Source of the DNA: Vicugna vicugna | Taxonomy: Eukaryota | Assembly (NCBI GenBank): GCA_013265495.1 | Contig: MU058337.1 | Span: 2,634,686 to 2,698,685 of the forward strand | Length of the DNA: 64,000 nucleotides | Reading direction: 5' to 3' | Shown here: positions 1-12,766 of the stretch, in pieces | Numbering within the stretch: position 1 is the first letter of the stretch | Layout of the letters: every line of letters starts with the position of its first letter | The notes under the pieces: model-generated | Told to the model about the DNA's origin: nothing | Seen by the model: the letters and a program-made list of their open reading frames with translations, nothing else | The model's database searches: none | Position numbers and translations under genes: made by a program

Positions 1-229
1 AACTATCAAGTTGCTCATCAATATTTTCTTTGACTTGGTTATTATCTCTTTAAACATGTACTTTTCTGACAATACCAAGCATAGGTAGGGATGTCATGGG
101 ATAGAAATTTCCAAGACACTTAAGCTCCCATCAGCATCGTAAGACATAAAGCCCTGGACCACGATGGACAGATGGACAGCTGCGATGTAGAATGCGCCCA
201 GGGACACGGACACACACACTCATGTGGGT

Positions 230-570
230 ATGTATTTTTAAATATCTAATGGCAAGAGCAAGATGAACAATGATGTGCAGTATGCAATAGTGTTATGTAA
301 AATGTGAACATTTTTTGTTTTATAGTAAACTATTCAACAATTTAAGATGAACACCAAATTGAAAATAGTGATTCTTTTTGGAGAGCAATGAACAGAAATG
401 AGATTAGGGGAGAGAGACTAAAAGGAGGCTTCAACTACACCTACATTTTTTGTTTCATTAAAATATGCTCACACAAATATGGCTAAGTTGTAATATTGGG
501 TGAAGAGGTGAGTATACATGAATTCATGTACACTTTTTAATCTCTTTTCCTAGGTTTTGAAATACTGACT
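230..570 (+). mobile_element. Old L1 (L1ME-like) 3' UTR fragment
   Basis: Resembles the L1ME-type 3' end (aatagtgatt...ggaggcttcaact...gtgagtatacatgaattcat...gttttgaaata); highly diverged. Confidence 0.5.
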
Positions 571-1199
571 CTCAACATGTTCACATAACCAAACAAAACA
601 TTTAAGAAAACAGAGCAGGTCCTGAATAAACAAGCCAGGAGGCATTTTAAATATTTTTGCAATTCTGAATAAACCAAGTCCCTTTATGCAACTAAGACGG
701 GTATGAGTGCATTTATTCCACGATTGATTTCACTGAACTTGGAGATATTTCAAGTTGGAAACTGTTTCAGAACAGGTTTTCGTTGTTCGCTTTTACCAGA
801 ACATGCACATCTTGGAGCAGAACTTCCTGAATTGACATTATTCCACGTGGCGCTAAATCCCAGTTAAGAGACCTGGTTATCAAAGTGCTATCAAGACTTC
901 CAGTGCGCCTGCGACCGCACCTGCACGCGAGGCTCCCAGAGCGTCACATTTTTATTTCAGCAGGCTGCCTTCCCTCGGATTTCCTACGAATCCAAACAAC
1001 ACTTCTGCCTGGCTTCCCATCTGGTTCTTGGTGGTAAGTGATGGCGTAAAGTAGCGCTCAGAGATTTGGAAAGGAGACTTCGTACACGTGGCCCCTCAAT
1101 GCAAACAAACAGAACCTGGATGTGACCCCAGGGTCGTTATGCCCTCAATATTAAAATAACGATGTATTACATGTGACAAAACAATCCAGAGTAATAATT

Positions 1200-1460
1200 T
1201 TAATTCATTTCAAATGAATGAGCCTTCACTAAGAGTGACGCTTTTCTAGGTCCTGTGGGAAATCTGAAGATGTTTAAACATTATATATAGGCTTCAAGAA
1301 CTTGATGTTTTAAAAGAGACACGGGACACAGATGATAAATAACTGTATGAAATGGATAATTCTTGGGGCATGAGGTTTCACACAAATTCGTGTGCAGAAG
1401 AAAATTTGGAAGGCGTTCTGGGAGTGATAGATTTCAATCTGGGCATTGATGGATGAATAA
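1200..1460 (-). mobile_element. L2 LINE 3' fragment
   Basis: Begins with an antisense L2 tail-like motif (attcatttcaaatgaatgagc), followed by degenerate antisense L2-like sequence (...ggcttcaagaacttgat...gggcattgatggatgaata). Confidence 0.5.
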
Positions 1461-1816
1461 AAAGTTCACTTGGGCATATTTAAAATAACTTGCTTTATTA
1501 TCGAAGTTATATTTATTTATTTTAGGGTCTGGGGGTCATTCAGAGCACAGTGGAGGGGATGGCTTATTGTGTGCGATGTGCTTCTGTATTTCAATAGTTA
1601 AAGGACCCTCAGATCTCTTCCCACGACGGGTCCCATTGGCACAAACACTGCTAGGTTCCCACAGGAGAAAATGCAGATGATGGAACTGGGAGCCTCTGAC
1701 TGCCCGGGGATGAGCTTATACTGTGGGGGTGTCACTTTTCCTCCAAAGTAGAAAACAGATTCCAGTCTCCCCCTTTTATGCGGGACCATTTGGAAAAGCC
1801 ATTGGAAAGCAAAATA

Positions 1817-2266
1817 CACAACTCAGAGATATTGTGGGTTCATTCCAGTCCACCACAATAGAGCAAGTATCACAGTAAAGCATGGATCACAAAAAAGTGA
1901 GTTGCATGATTTTTTTGGTTCCCGGTGCATGTAAAAATTATGCTTATACCACAGCCATTGGTCTATTAACTGTGCAGTGGTATTATGTCTAAAAACAATG
2001 ACATACCTTAACTAAAAATACTGTATTGCTAAAAAATGCTAACCTTCATTTAAGCCTTCAGTGAGTTGTAATTTTTTTTGCTGGTGGAGGGTTTGAAATA
2101 CTGTGAGAATTACCAAAATGTGCCACAGAGACAGCATTTCCAATGCTGTTGGAAAAACGATCCTGGTAGACTTGCTCCATGCAGGGTCCTCACGTCCTTC
2201 AATTTGTAAAAATCACAATATTGGCGAAGCACAGGAGAGCAAAGTGCAATAAAACAGATCTTAATG
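1817..2266 (-). mobile_element. Tigger1 internal-deletion derivative (TcMar-Tigger DNA transposon, Tigger1a-like)
   Basis: Left part matches the Tigger1 3' end (gagatattgtgggttc...ccaccacaata...ttttgctggtggagggt). It joins directly near 2091 to the Tigger1 5' end (ttgaaata...aattaccaaaatgtg...gcaataaaac). Flanked by TA at 1815-1816 and 2267-2268, as expected for Tc1/mariner elements. Confidence 0.9.
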
Positions 2267-2271
2267 TAAAA

Positions 2272-2292
2272 AACAACAACAACAACAACAAC
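2272..2292. repeat. (AAC)7 microsatellite
   Basis: Seen directly. Confidence 0.95.
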
Positions 2293-5200
2293 AAAAAACC
2301 ACAGAAAGAGGAACAAGCATTGCACTTCAGATCCGGGTGGGTGACCTGAACTGGCTCAAAATTGTGAGGTGGCTGATGGCCATGGTGGTGTGAGAGTTTT
2401 CGTGGTTTGTAGAAATTGTTTCCAAAGTATGTATAATAGGTTAAGAAACATAACCACTTTGCCTAACACATTATATTTCTCATTGAGGTGTATCATAGAG
2501 TTTTTAATAGGAAAGTTTCATTATTTAAAAAAATATGCAACCCAGTGTTCCCTTTACGGTTTGTCTGCTCTTTACTAGATCTTTGCATGCATATTGGTCT
2601 TTTGGATTTTTGCCTTTTTCCAATGGTAACCGTGCGTGAGACCCTTCCCCATCCCAATTCCAGAGTCAGAGAAGGTGACGGTAGTGAGGTTCCTCCCTTC
2701 AGAGAACGTGAAGTCCAGTGCCCTGGCGTCCCTGTCCCGTGCTGGTCTGGAATACCGGGATCTCTATTGCACGTCCCCCTGACGTAGCTGGCACACCTTT
2801 GGGCAGGTGTATGAGCCATCGTAGCGCTAGGTGGAGCCGGCTCCTGAAATCATGAAAGGAGGAGCTCGAGACATGAAAGAATACGGACTTCTCGAGGGCT
2901 GGGCTTGTCCGGCTCAGCCTGCTGTCCCCTGCACGTCTGATGCTCACGACCACGTCTGAGTCCCAGAAGCCAGCCTCCATCTCCCACTTAAAGTCTGCAT
3001 CAGAGCCTCAAATGTTGTGAATTTGGAGTTTCAGCTATTCCCTTGGCAGATAATATTTTATTTTGCCCATTCCCTGTGACTGGGCTCTCACAAGAGCATT
3101 TCACTGCTGCTGCAGTCAAAGCCAAATACTAAACGCTCTTGCTCACTTTCAAAGCTATGTTTAAATAAGGAAAATTAAAAGTTATGCTCATATAGCTAGG
3201 TCATTTTTCAGTAATACACACATGTTTTCCTTAAAAATTGTGTATGAATTTAATTCCCATATGCTGATTCATGGTTGAAAACAGAAGGGAACACCCTGCT
3301 TAGAGGCTTCCCATGTTGCCAGGTTTAATTCGTTGTAAAATAAATCTTCGTCTTGACAACTATTATTATTATTTAATCTGGATTTTCATAGAAGGTGATG
3401 GCTTCATGTAAGAGATTCATATTTATACAAGTTCTGTCTTTCTAATGTGTTTTAACCCTGAGAAGGTTTCTCTGAACCCTTGAAACCACTCTTGCATCTG
3501 TTCAAACTAAGGGTTAAGTCGATTGAACACCTAGCATGTGGGAAAAGATTTCTGTTTTCATTATGAACAAGAGAATATAATTTATCTTTAAACATATGTT
3601 AGAAATAGTATCCACAATGTTTCCATTATCCATTGTCTTATGCACAAGAAAAAAAAGAATAAAGCATGAATTTCTTCTAAAACCCACTGTTGAGGAAAGC
3701 GGTGAGTCACGGGTAAATGATTACTGCAGATGGCTTTGTCAGTACTGACATTATTCATCCTAAACTTTTTCCTTCTCTCTGTGTTGAAGCACGAAATCAT
3801 GCTTACCGTGTCACAAGTGTGATACCCATTCGTGGGTCAGCCAGGCCGATTCCATGCCCCTCCGCACATCACACTCACATCTGATGGCACCTCAGCATTG
3901 TAGTTGTATTAATACGATCGCCAGAGAAGGAAGAGTAAAGACCCTGTACATACACCCATGAACAACTGTTGCTCTGTATTTCTGTGTTGCATTCATACCA
4001 GAAACGTGTAGAAACTGTATCCCTGCATACACTACGTAAGTATACACACGTGTATCTTTATCTTTCTGTTTATTTTTGTGGCATTAGTTAGTCTTAAATT
4101 AGCGGAGTCATCTGCTCAATTATTTGCGTTTTTGACAACTCATGAGAGTTAGCAGTGAGTCTTTTGGCTTTTGAAGATGCCCTACAGTGTCTCCTGAAAA
4201 TGCAGCAAGAAAGCAGAGGAGGGTCAATCCCAAAGATTCACCTTAGCTGCCGATAACAGAGTGATGATCTCTGTCTCTAGGGAGCTCAAGGACATCAATA
4301 GGAAGAAATTGTCTGGACGGAAACCTTTAAGAAGGAAGAAGAGTCTGCAGAAGAGACTGCCCTCTACGCAGAGACGAAAGGCTCCAGTCAGGGTACACGG
4401 CAATACTGATAGTATTCTAAATTTAGAGGAAATGTAAGACCATATTAAATATGCATTAATATTGTATGTTACTCAAGCAATTGTTAAGTACGCATGTGCA
4501 AAGCCAATTTCCTGAGTGTTTCCTATGTTTCTGAAACATTAGAATTAGGGACTTTACTGGATTTAGCTCAGTGTCAATGTCCCAGCTGAAATCTACTTGT
4601 GTTTTCCTCAGAAATGGTTTTTGCTTAAGCCTAGAAATAGACTAACAAATGCACTTAGGGTAGTAGAGAGTGCTTTGATTCGTGTCTGCAGACATATTTT
4701 TGGAAACATATACCAAGTATTTCAAGGAAAACTAAGGTGAAAATTCACTTATGTATGAAAATTCTAGTAGAATATTAAAAAAAAGATGAAATTCCTCATC
4801 AATCTTTGGGCCAGCTACTTCTTAAAACACACGCATACCCAACGCCCAGTAAGATTGCTTACAAAAGATGTATTTTACTCATTTCTCTACAAGAGATATT
4901 CTCTGGAGCCTGTAATCCATGAAAGTTATTTTGAGGCAATAATAATGCGTATAGCATTCCCTAACATTTAAGTCTTTATAGGTATTTTAAAACTAAACCC
5001 ATAAAAAGTGACTGCAGTTTTTGTCAGCTAGCACAGATCTACAAACTCACACAAATTATACGGTTTACAAGTAAGATTTCAATTACTTCCTTCAACAGGA
5101 GCACATTGTTAGTTATTACTTTACATCTCTGTTCTTCACTCGTCATGGAAATTTAGGTCTATTTTAGCTAAAATAGCATCCATTTTATATGTAAAATTAT

Positions 5201-5569
5201 TTATTTTTAAAATACCTAAATACATGTGTTTCCCCCTAAATTGGCTACTATAAAGAAGAAAATGACACACTATGTTAGTCTATCACATTCATATACATGA
5301 TTGTGTATACATATGTGCATAAACAAAAATGCAGACACACACATAAAATTAAAGTGCGCGTGTGATTCAGATGCCGCTGAGACACAATGATACAGAGTAT
5401 TCACTCTGTTTCATACACACAGGTGGTATATTCCCCACAATTGTATTCCTATTTCCTCAAACTTGACCCAATTTGGGGAGGTTTCCTACATGTACAAGCA
5501 GAGTGTCTGCCACAGCAGATCGCTTCATTACCTCTCGTTATCTTACGTGGGAAGACTGCAGTGCGACGT

Positions 5570-5960
5570 TAACGCAGAGAGGTGAGGCCATGTCCAGGCC
5601 TTGCTCCCGATCTCGGGGGCAAAGCATCCAGTTTTCCACCATTAAATAAGATGTGAGCTGTACATTTTTGTAAATGTTGTTTGTCAAGCTGGAGAGGTTC
5701 CATTCTATTTCTAGTTTGTTGAGAGTATTTGCCATGAAAACGTGTTTCAGTTTGTTCAATATTTTCTCCACATCTCTTGATACAATCGTATCATTTATTT
5801 CTTTGTCTTGTAGATTAAATTGATTGATTTTTCAAATACTAAGGGAGCTTTGAATATATGCAATGTATCTCATTTGGATATGGTACTTAATGTTTTGGTC
5901 TATTGTTGAATTCAGTTCTCTAATATTTTCTTGAGGCTTTTTGCACCCGCGTCCATGAGA
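5570..5960 (-). mobile_element. L1 ORF2 reverse-transcriptase fragment (degenerate)
   Basis: ORF 5538..5771(-) EKILNKLKHVFMANTLNKLEIEWNLSSLTNNIYK aligns to L1 ORF2 [33 protein letters not shown]; frameshifted downstream. Confidence 0.9.
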
Positions 5961-6149
5961 GCACTAATGGAAAAAATGGATCACTTGCTAGAGTAAAAAG
6001 TAATATGAGCAGAAAGATGGAAATGCTAAGAGATAATGGAGAGAAAATGCAAAATTTTTTTTAAATGTGAGATAAATAAAGACTTCTTTGATGGACTCAT
6101 CAGTGGGTGGGAGACAGTCAAGGAAACCATCAGTGATGCGGAAGCATTC

Positions 6150-6810
6150 ATCGTCATTAGTTCGTTTGATTACATGATCTGATAATTCCAACATCTGTGC
6201 CATATGAGCCTGGTTCTGATAGTTGCTCTGTCTCTTTAATGCTGTTTTTTTTTTCCCCTTGCTTTTGGGTGTGCTTTATAATTTTGTTAAAAGCTAAACA
6301 TGATATATCGATGAATAGAAACCGAGGTAATAGACCCCTAGTGTATTTATGTTAATCTGGCTCGGATTTTGATTGAGTTTAATGTTTGCTTTAGCTTTTG
6401 GTTCCAGAGTTTTCAAATGCCTCTATCATCCCTTTTTCTTTTTCCCTATTTTCTTTGGGCTTTTCTAAGAACGCCTCTTTAGATAAAGTCTGTCTCTCAG
6501 CTTTTTCGGTTGTAATTTAATGTTTCACGTGGGAGTCCTGTTGGTGTGGCAGGGAAGTGGCGGGAAGGAGACTTCTCTTTTTACAAGTTTAAGATTAAAT
6601 CCCAGCCTTTTAGTGGATCTGAGTTCTCAGGCTGTGACCTTCACAAGTACTCCTGACCTTTCATTTTTCCTTCCTTAAGTTATACAGGTAGGCTAGGATG
6701 AGCTGAAGTCAAGGCATTCCTTCCCCTAGGTGATGTAAGACTCAGGTAAGTTCCTTTCCCCTGGGCAGTGACCCTCCTTTTAGGAGAATGTTCTGGGATA
6801 ACTTTAAATG
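6150..6810 (-). mobile_element. Old L1 5' region (L1MC/L1M4-like)
   Basis: gataattccaacatctgtg...ctggttctgat...gttaatctggct...ggctgtgaccttcacaagt resembles the antisense 5' region of L1M-class elements. Confidence 0.65.
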
Positions 6811-9579
6811 ATTACCAAAATCCAAATCAAATACTTCCGCACGAGATTTTTCATTATTTTCTACTTTTTTGAGTCTGAAGAAGCAGAAATTCTAAGCCCT
6901 TTTCCATAAGTTTTCCCCTAATCTTTGTATGAACCTAGGGATTGGATGGTAACTGCTCTGGAATAGACATTATAAATTTGAATTATACACTGAAATCGAT
7001 TTAAACACACTTAGGAGTTTCACTAGAGATTTTGGAGTAACCTCATATTGTAAGTTATGGGCCAAGATGTTGTGGACATTTTGTTAGCAGACCCAGCGGG
7101 TTATACACTCATGCCTTGGATACGCATTCATCAGTCTGTCTGACAAGGAATTGCACGTGCCCTCCAGTCGCACTTTTAGGTGGAAGACAATCTGTGCAGT
7201 AAAATAATTTCTGTCTTTTCCAAAATAGAGTTGAGGTTCAAACTTATCTGTGGGTGACATAGCTGTATAGTGCAGAATGCTGCATTTTAAGTTACAAAGC
7301 TGTGAACATTGAGGTGTCTGTAAATAATGCTGCATGTAGCATTCATAACAAATGCAAGTATACTAACTATACTAAATAAATAGCACTGGTGGCAACAATG
7401 TATAAATGCAGGGCCTGGTAGGGGAAGGGGGAAATAAAAGCATCCAGCCCTGTAACTGAACCCCGCTGTTTCCTGTGATAGCACCACATATGGTCCTCTG
7501 TCTAACAGCACCACCGCATAAGGCGGCGTTATGCGCCCTGGAGCGTTCTTAACAAATAGATCATAATGGTGTGGTATGAAAAGTATGGAAAGAATTCTTT
7601 TCTTTTATCTGTGAGCCAGGAAAAACCTATAGTGGAGTAGTAAATAATTTTTTAGGAAGTTTTAGGGAAAAGATAGTTTTATACAACTCTGCTTTTTGAA
7701 ATTTAGGACGTTGTATAAAACCAAGAGGAAAATGCATAACAAATGACATCCTTCACCCTGAGATATTTATAGTTTACTCTTTTGAGGACAGACATACTAT
7801 GGTACAAAACTTTATTGCAATAGAGAGAATAAAGAAAAGGTTTTGATTGTTGCTAAAATATATAAACTACCTGAACACATTGATACACCAAGTTTTTCCT
7901 TGCCTAACTGACAAAAATGAAAATTAGGATTAATAGTATTGAAATGCTTTTTAACAATCAATTTGTGCTAGTGTGTGATCTGTAGCAAAAAGGCAGATGT
8001 GTCAGAAAGCCTTCAGCTTTTTAAGTGATAGACCTACACTGTTAAGTTATGTTAATGCTTTAATGTTATGCTGTGTTACGTATAATTTATAACTTCCATG
8101 GCAAAAATGCATTGATGTAGACCCCTTCATTAGATCACTTTCAAGCTAAGAAGTCTGAAAGTATTACATTTTATTTTTATTTTATTTATTATTTTACCAA
8201 ATCAACGTATATGATGTGAAGTTGTGTACTGAGTATCTTGCAGAAGGCTCACTGGGGCATAGCATAGGGTGCTTTACCATTAGAAGGGTACCTAGAATCA
8301 TGGTATTTCAGTAGTCTCATGATCAGTGTCAACAACAACAAAAATGTGAATGTATTATCATAAACAGTCTATTACACTTGATTAAGACATTTCCTCACAT
8401 TTCTTGCTCTTTGCACAAAATGTGTCTATGCCTTTATCTATGTGTTTGAAGCAGAAATACACACTTTATAATGAGAATTAACAGATTTAAATCACAAGTG
8501 CCTTTTGGATTTTCAAGTTACAACTAGAGAAGCATTAATTTTTATGGGGTTTTGCATTTGATGAAAATCCCATTTTGTCACTAATTCTACATTAATCTTT
8601 GATGAGAAGTCAACATTAGATAATGTAGAGATAATTATTTATGGTAAGCTAACAAGACGGCAGAACACTCCAACATTCATTCATTTCATTGTAAATTGTA
8701 AGCTCAGCTTCTAATAGAATTAACTAAAGACCAAGTAAAACAACATAATTTATTGTATAATCCTGCAAATCTATACAAAGGATAATGAGAAGATATGTAT
8801 TACATTATAATCATGAATTTGAATGTTGTTCATAATCACTGAATCTTTGATCTTGTTATGTTCATGCAAAGTGGATGGGAAAGGAGAAAATTGGCTCTTT
8901 TGGTAAGTGGAAAAATGAGAAGATAAATCAAAAGAATGGAACATAATTTACAATTATTCAGTCAAAAGATTGTGGTATTATTTAAAATTATTCAGTCAAA
9001 TAACATAGTAACAGCCCAAATGTAGGCAAAAACTTTGGATTCCAATGTTAAATTTCAGAAAAAATGCTTAAATGCTAATGACTAATCATATCTCCTTAAT
9101 GTATTGGAGGTGTTCCTTATGCCCAGGAGACAAAAATAATCAGAGTGTCTTCTTTTTCTCTCTCTCTTCCTTTTGCAGATCAAAGTCACACAGAAATAAC
9201 CTAAGCAGGGGACAAAATGGTAAATTTAAGATGCCTAGTTGAAATAGATCATTTTCTAAAATGATAATAATGCAAATTTTCAGAAAATTACCCAGGTTTT
9301 ATCAGCTGATCTACTTCAAGCCAAAGTTTGAGGCTGCCATCTTAGGCTCCTTCATGCTCTCTGGACAAGGACAATAAACCACTGCACATTTCTGTGCTTT
9401 TTAAACTTGTCAATGCAACTTTATTATATACTTTTATCATCGTTCTATGAAGAAAACAGAGTTGACGTTAATCACATTAGTCTTGAGTAAAATACAATGT
9501 ACAAAAAATTGAGGGAAATCTGCCATCACTGAGTAACTAACTGCTTGTGACAGATATTCTGGTAGATATTGCATACATG

Positions 9580-9735
9580 TGACCTCACATATCTTTCCCA
9601 GAGGCCTATGAGGTTTAGCATGATTTCTATTTTGGAGATTAGGAAAACGAATCATGAAAATTGAGTTTGTTACTCAAAGTCACAAGGGCTAGGATTATCG
9701 CCCAGATCTGTTTACTCTGAATCCAGTTTACTTTC
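9580..9735 (-). mobile_element. MIR SINE fragment
   Basis: Antisense MIR core-like sequence (cctatgagg...ctattttggagattaggaaaac...tcaaagtcaca...cccagatctgt). Confidence 0.55.
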
Positions 9736-9879
9736 TCCTACGGGAGTGCTTTTAGAACAGACACCACACTGGAAGTCTTCTCAAGGCTCTGGAAGCTGAG
9801 GGGGCCTGACTCTGGACCCCTGGTCTCTGCAAGACTTGCTTTTCTCTCACCTGTTGTACGTGTAAGAGATTTGTCCAAT

Positions 9880-10125
9880 AAAGGACCAGATCCTATAGAA
9901 TGTACAGCACCAAGAGTAGACCCTACGTGCAGCATGGACATTGGTTAATGATGGTGTGTCTATGTGGGTCATCAGCTGTAACGAGTGTCCCATTCTGGGG
10001 TGGAAGTTTATAGACGAGGGAGCTGCGTGTTTGTGTGGGCAGGGAATACGCGGGAAATTTGTGTACCTTCTGCCAAGCTTTGCTGTGAACTTAAACCTGT
10101 CCTATAAAGTCTATCTTTTTTTTAA
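9880..10125 (+). mobile_element. L1MC-type 3' end
   Basis: caccaagagt...ccct...atggac...gtgggcaggg...gggaaatttgtgtaccttctg...tttgctgtgaac...aaagtcta matches the L1MC1/2-like 3' terminus. Confidence 0.8.
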
Positions 10126-10919
10126 AGAACCAAAGTTTTAAAAGTGCTTTTGAAATTTCTGTCCTAAAAACTGACTTTCCTTAGGCAGCGAGATACAAGA
10201 TTTCACAGTATATGAGAAAGTGAGAGCTAAAACCCATCTTTCATGTCTCACCACCCTATTGGTGTCAGATTAAAAAACCACAGCCGCAGAATGTTTTCAC
10301 CCACCCCCGTCTGGTTACTTTTCTGTTGTTATTTACACCCCAAAATGATACCAGAAGCAGATAGGGGTTATATTTTTCTCAATATTTGAAATATTTTACC
10401 TTTGGGAAGTTTGTATTTTGCTATTTTAAAGGTTTTTTTTTTAAACTTTATCCTCCAAATTTAGTAAAAGATGAAAAAATAGGATCCCATTTTTACATAT
10501 ATAAGAGTAATTTTTCAAATGTTCCTGTCCATCTTCCTCATCTTCATCAGTGTCACTTTCCTTTACCTGACCTCATAGGTTCTGTGTTCCTGTCCTTTAA
10601 TGATTTTTACTGCTGTGCTGTGTACTTTCACCAAAGTCTTGACAGTTCTCTTAAAATATTGTTTACAGCCTGGTACAGGGCACTCGAACAAGCAGCCCTG
10701 CCTAAGATGTAGCCCAGCTTCTTGTAGACCCTCATCTTCTCACCAGAACCATTTCACAGCAGGATTTCTGTGACTCTTCACAGTGCATGTGGTTCATCAG
10801 GACCCTCTGCTCGTCTTCCAATATGTATGTGGATAGAAATTTGTATATGTTAGGTTTTTTTGGAGACTTCATGAACTACTTAATCATCTGTGCAGACTTC
10901 ACTCTGTTAGAAGAGAGTC

Positions 10920-11050
10920 TGATGTGGTAGGAATGCTGTGTATTTTGAAATCAGAGAAAAAGGGTTTTGGACCCTACCCCCATCATTTAATTGTAATTTA
11001 TTGTATCTCTGTAATCTCAGTCTCATCATCTGCAAATTATTTACAAAGTC
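10920..11050 (+). mobile_element. MIR SINE fragment
   Basis: tttgaaatcaga...ctctgtaatctcagtctcatcatctgcaaa resembles the MIR head and core. Confidence 0.5.
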
Positions 11051-11214
11051 CCAGGAAATCTTTTTCTCCAGAAAGCTGCCACAAAGATGTACTTGCCTGC
11101 TGCAGTGAATCGACCACAAGATTTGCCTCTTTGAGTCAATTCTAATAAACGTGACTCATCTCCAGACCACTCTCCACTTAAAAAGAAATGGACGAGGGTA
11201 TTTTTGGAGAACTT

Positions 11215-11415
11215 GAAATTCTAAAATTGGGATTCACATCTTAAATAAAACTCTTACCACTTAAATAACTTTGAGGAAGCCAGGTAATCATTTAGCGTTT
11301 CAGTTTCCTCAAATACCATCCTTATGATGACCTATGTCTTTTAAAGTAGTTGTGATAATAAATTTAGATAACATGTGAAAGCCATTTGTACAAGCTGCTA
11401 TAGAAATAAAAGTTA
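11215..11415 (+). mobile_element. MIR SINE
   Basis: tcagtttcctca...gttgtgataataaatttagataacatgtgaaagc resembles the MIR core and tail. Confidence 0.55.
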
Positions 11416-12429
11416 CAAAAACATACATTTGAATTTGAAATTAGGTTGGATCAGGTTATATATATATTCAGTTTTAAAATCTTCATGTTTATCTGAATAC
11501 ATGAATTGTCTAATTGTACAGGCATATATGTGTATCTTAAGGGGCCTTCCTGTGCAAGAATATAGCCCCAAAACACACAAACAGCATAAATATTCAATCT
11601 GACTACATTAAATCGGCTGCTTCTGGAATACTGCACATTTTATTTAAAAGGAGTGAAGGGTTGTTTACTAAATAGTATGTGTTTTAAAGCTGGGTGTGAG
11701 AAGCTTAGTCTTAGCAATTTAAAATATGACATCACTGTGAAAAGTGATATTGGCAAGTGGTTATAACAGGCCATTAGAAATGATCTCTTTGAAATGAGAG
11801 TGACGCCAAGGAACACGGCAGTGCTGGCATGAGAAGGTAAATAGAGATGCGCTGACAACGTTATTAGCACCCATCAACTCAGAGCCTTTTGCGAACACTA
11901 CCTGATTTTTATTACTTCCACTAACATTCTTTTGCTGGGACATTAATGCCTTTTTTGGCCTTGGGTAAATCAATGACCCTTTATACGAATGTTATGATAT
12001 GAGTGATAAATGCATTTTATGAGTGGAAGGTAAATGTCAATAAAAAAAAGCTTGGATTACCATCTGAAAAAGTGTCGCAATCACTGTCAACCATCTGGCA
12101 CAAGCTCTCCTACACCCTACATCTAATCCATCAACAAACACGCTTAGGTCCGACTTCAAAATACGTCCAGAATCTGACTCCCTCTGAAACCCTCCCTGCC
12201 ACCACCTGGTAAACCGCAGTCCCTTTGGCCAGCCTGACTCCTCCATGAAGGGCTAATTCTCCACCCAACTGCCAGAGTGATCTTTCAAACGGTAGCTCAG
12301 ATCACGCCTCTCCTGTACTCCAGCCCCTCCGGCGGTTGGCTTGGAGCTTCATTCACGCTGAACCAGTCATTACCGTGACCTTGCAACATCTGATCTTGTT
12401 TCCTACCTCTCCATCCAACAACTTCCCTC

Positions 12430-12447
12430 CCTCTCTCTCTGTCTCTG

Positions 12448-12488
<41 letters not shown>
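12430..12488. repeat. Compound (CT)n(CA)n microsatellite
   Basis: Seen directly. Confidence 0.95.
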
Positions 12489-12491
<3 letters not shown>

Positions 12492-12746
12492 TTGCTCTCC
12501 TTGTCTCCTCTCTAATTCCAATCTGATCACTCAGGTCTCAAAGCTTCATGTGCTATTTTCTTTGCTCGGACATTTCCCTGGAATATGCACACGGCTCACC
12601 TCTCATTTCTTTAAGTCACACTGAAACTCCATCCTTACAAGGGAGGCCTTTCCCGATTTAGCAATTCCCACCCCACCCCTCACTCTAGATTTTCTTTACT
12701 CTGCTTTGTTTTTCTCCATTGTCCTGAGCTTCACCTGACTTTCTGT

Positions 12747-12766
12747 ACACACACACACACACACAC
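12747..12766. repeat. (AC)10 microsatellite
   Basis: Seen directly. Confidence 0.95.

Noticed and set aside
4264..4437. 57-aa basic ORF (MISVSRELKDINRKKLSGRKPLRRKKSLQKR...) resembling an NLS-rich peptide
   Set aside because: The Lys/Arg content follows from a purine-rich stretch; no recognisable homology and only weak splice or promoter context.
7515..7535. Hairpin cgcataa-ggcggcg-ttatgcg
   Set aside because: Only a 7-bp stem, which is expected by chance in 64 kb; no RNA-gene context.
12297..12530. ORF with CVCVCV/RERDRD runs
   Set aside because: Translation of a (CA)n/(CT)n microsatellite inside an L2.
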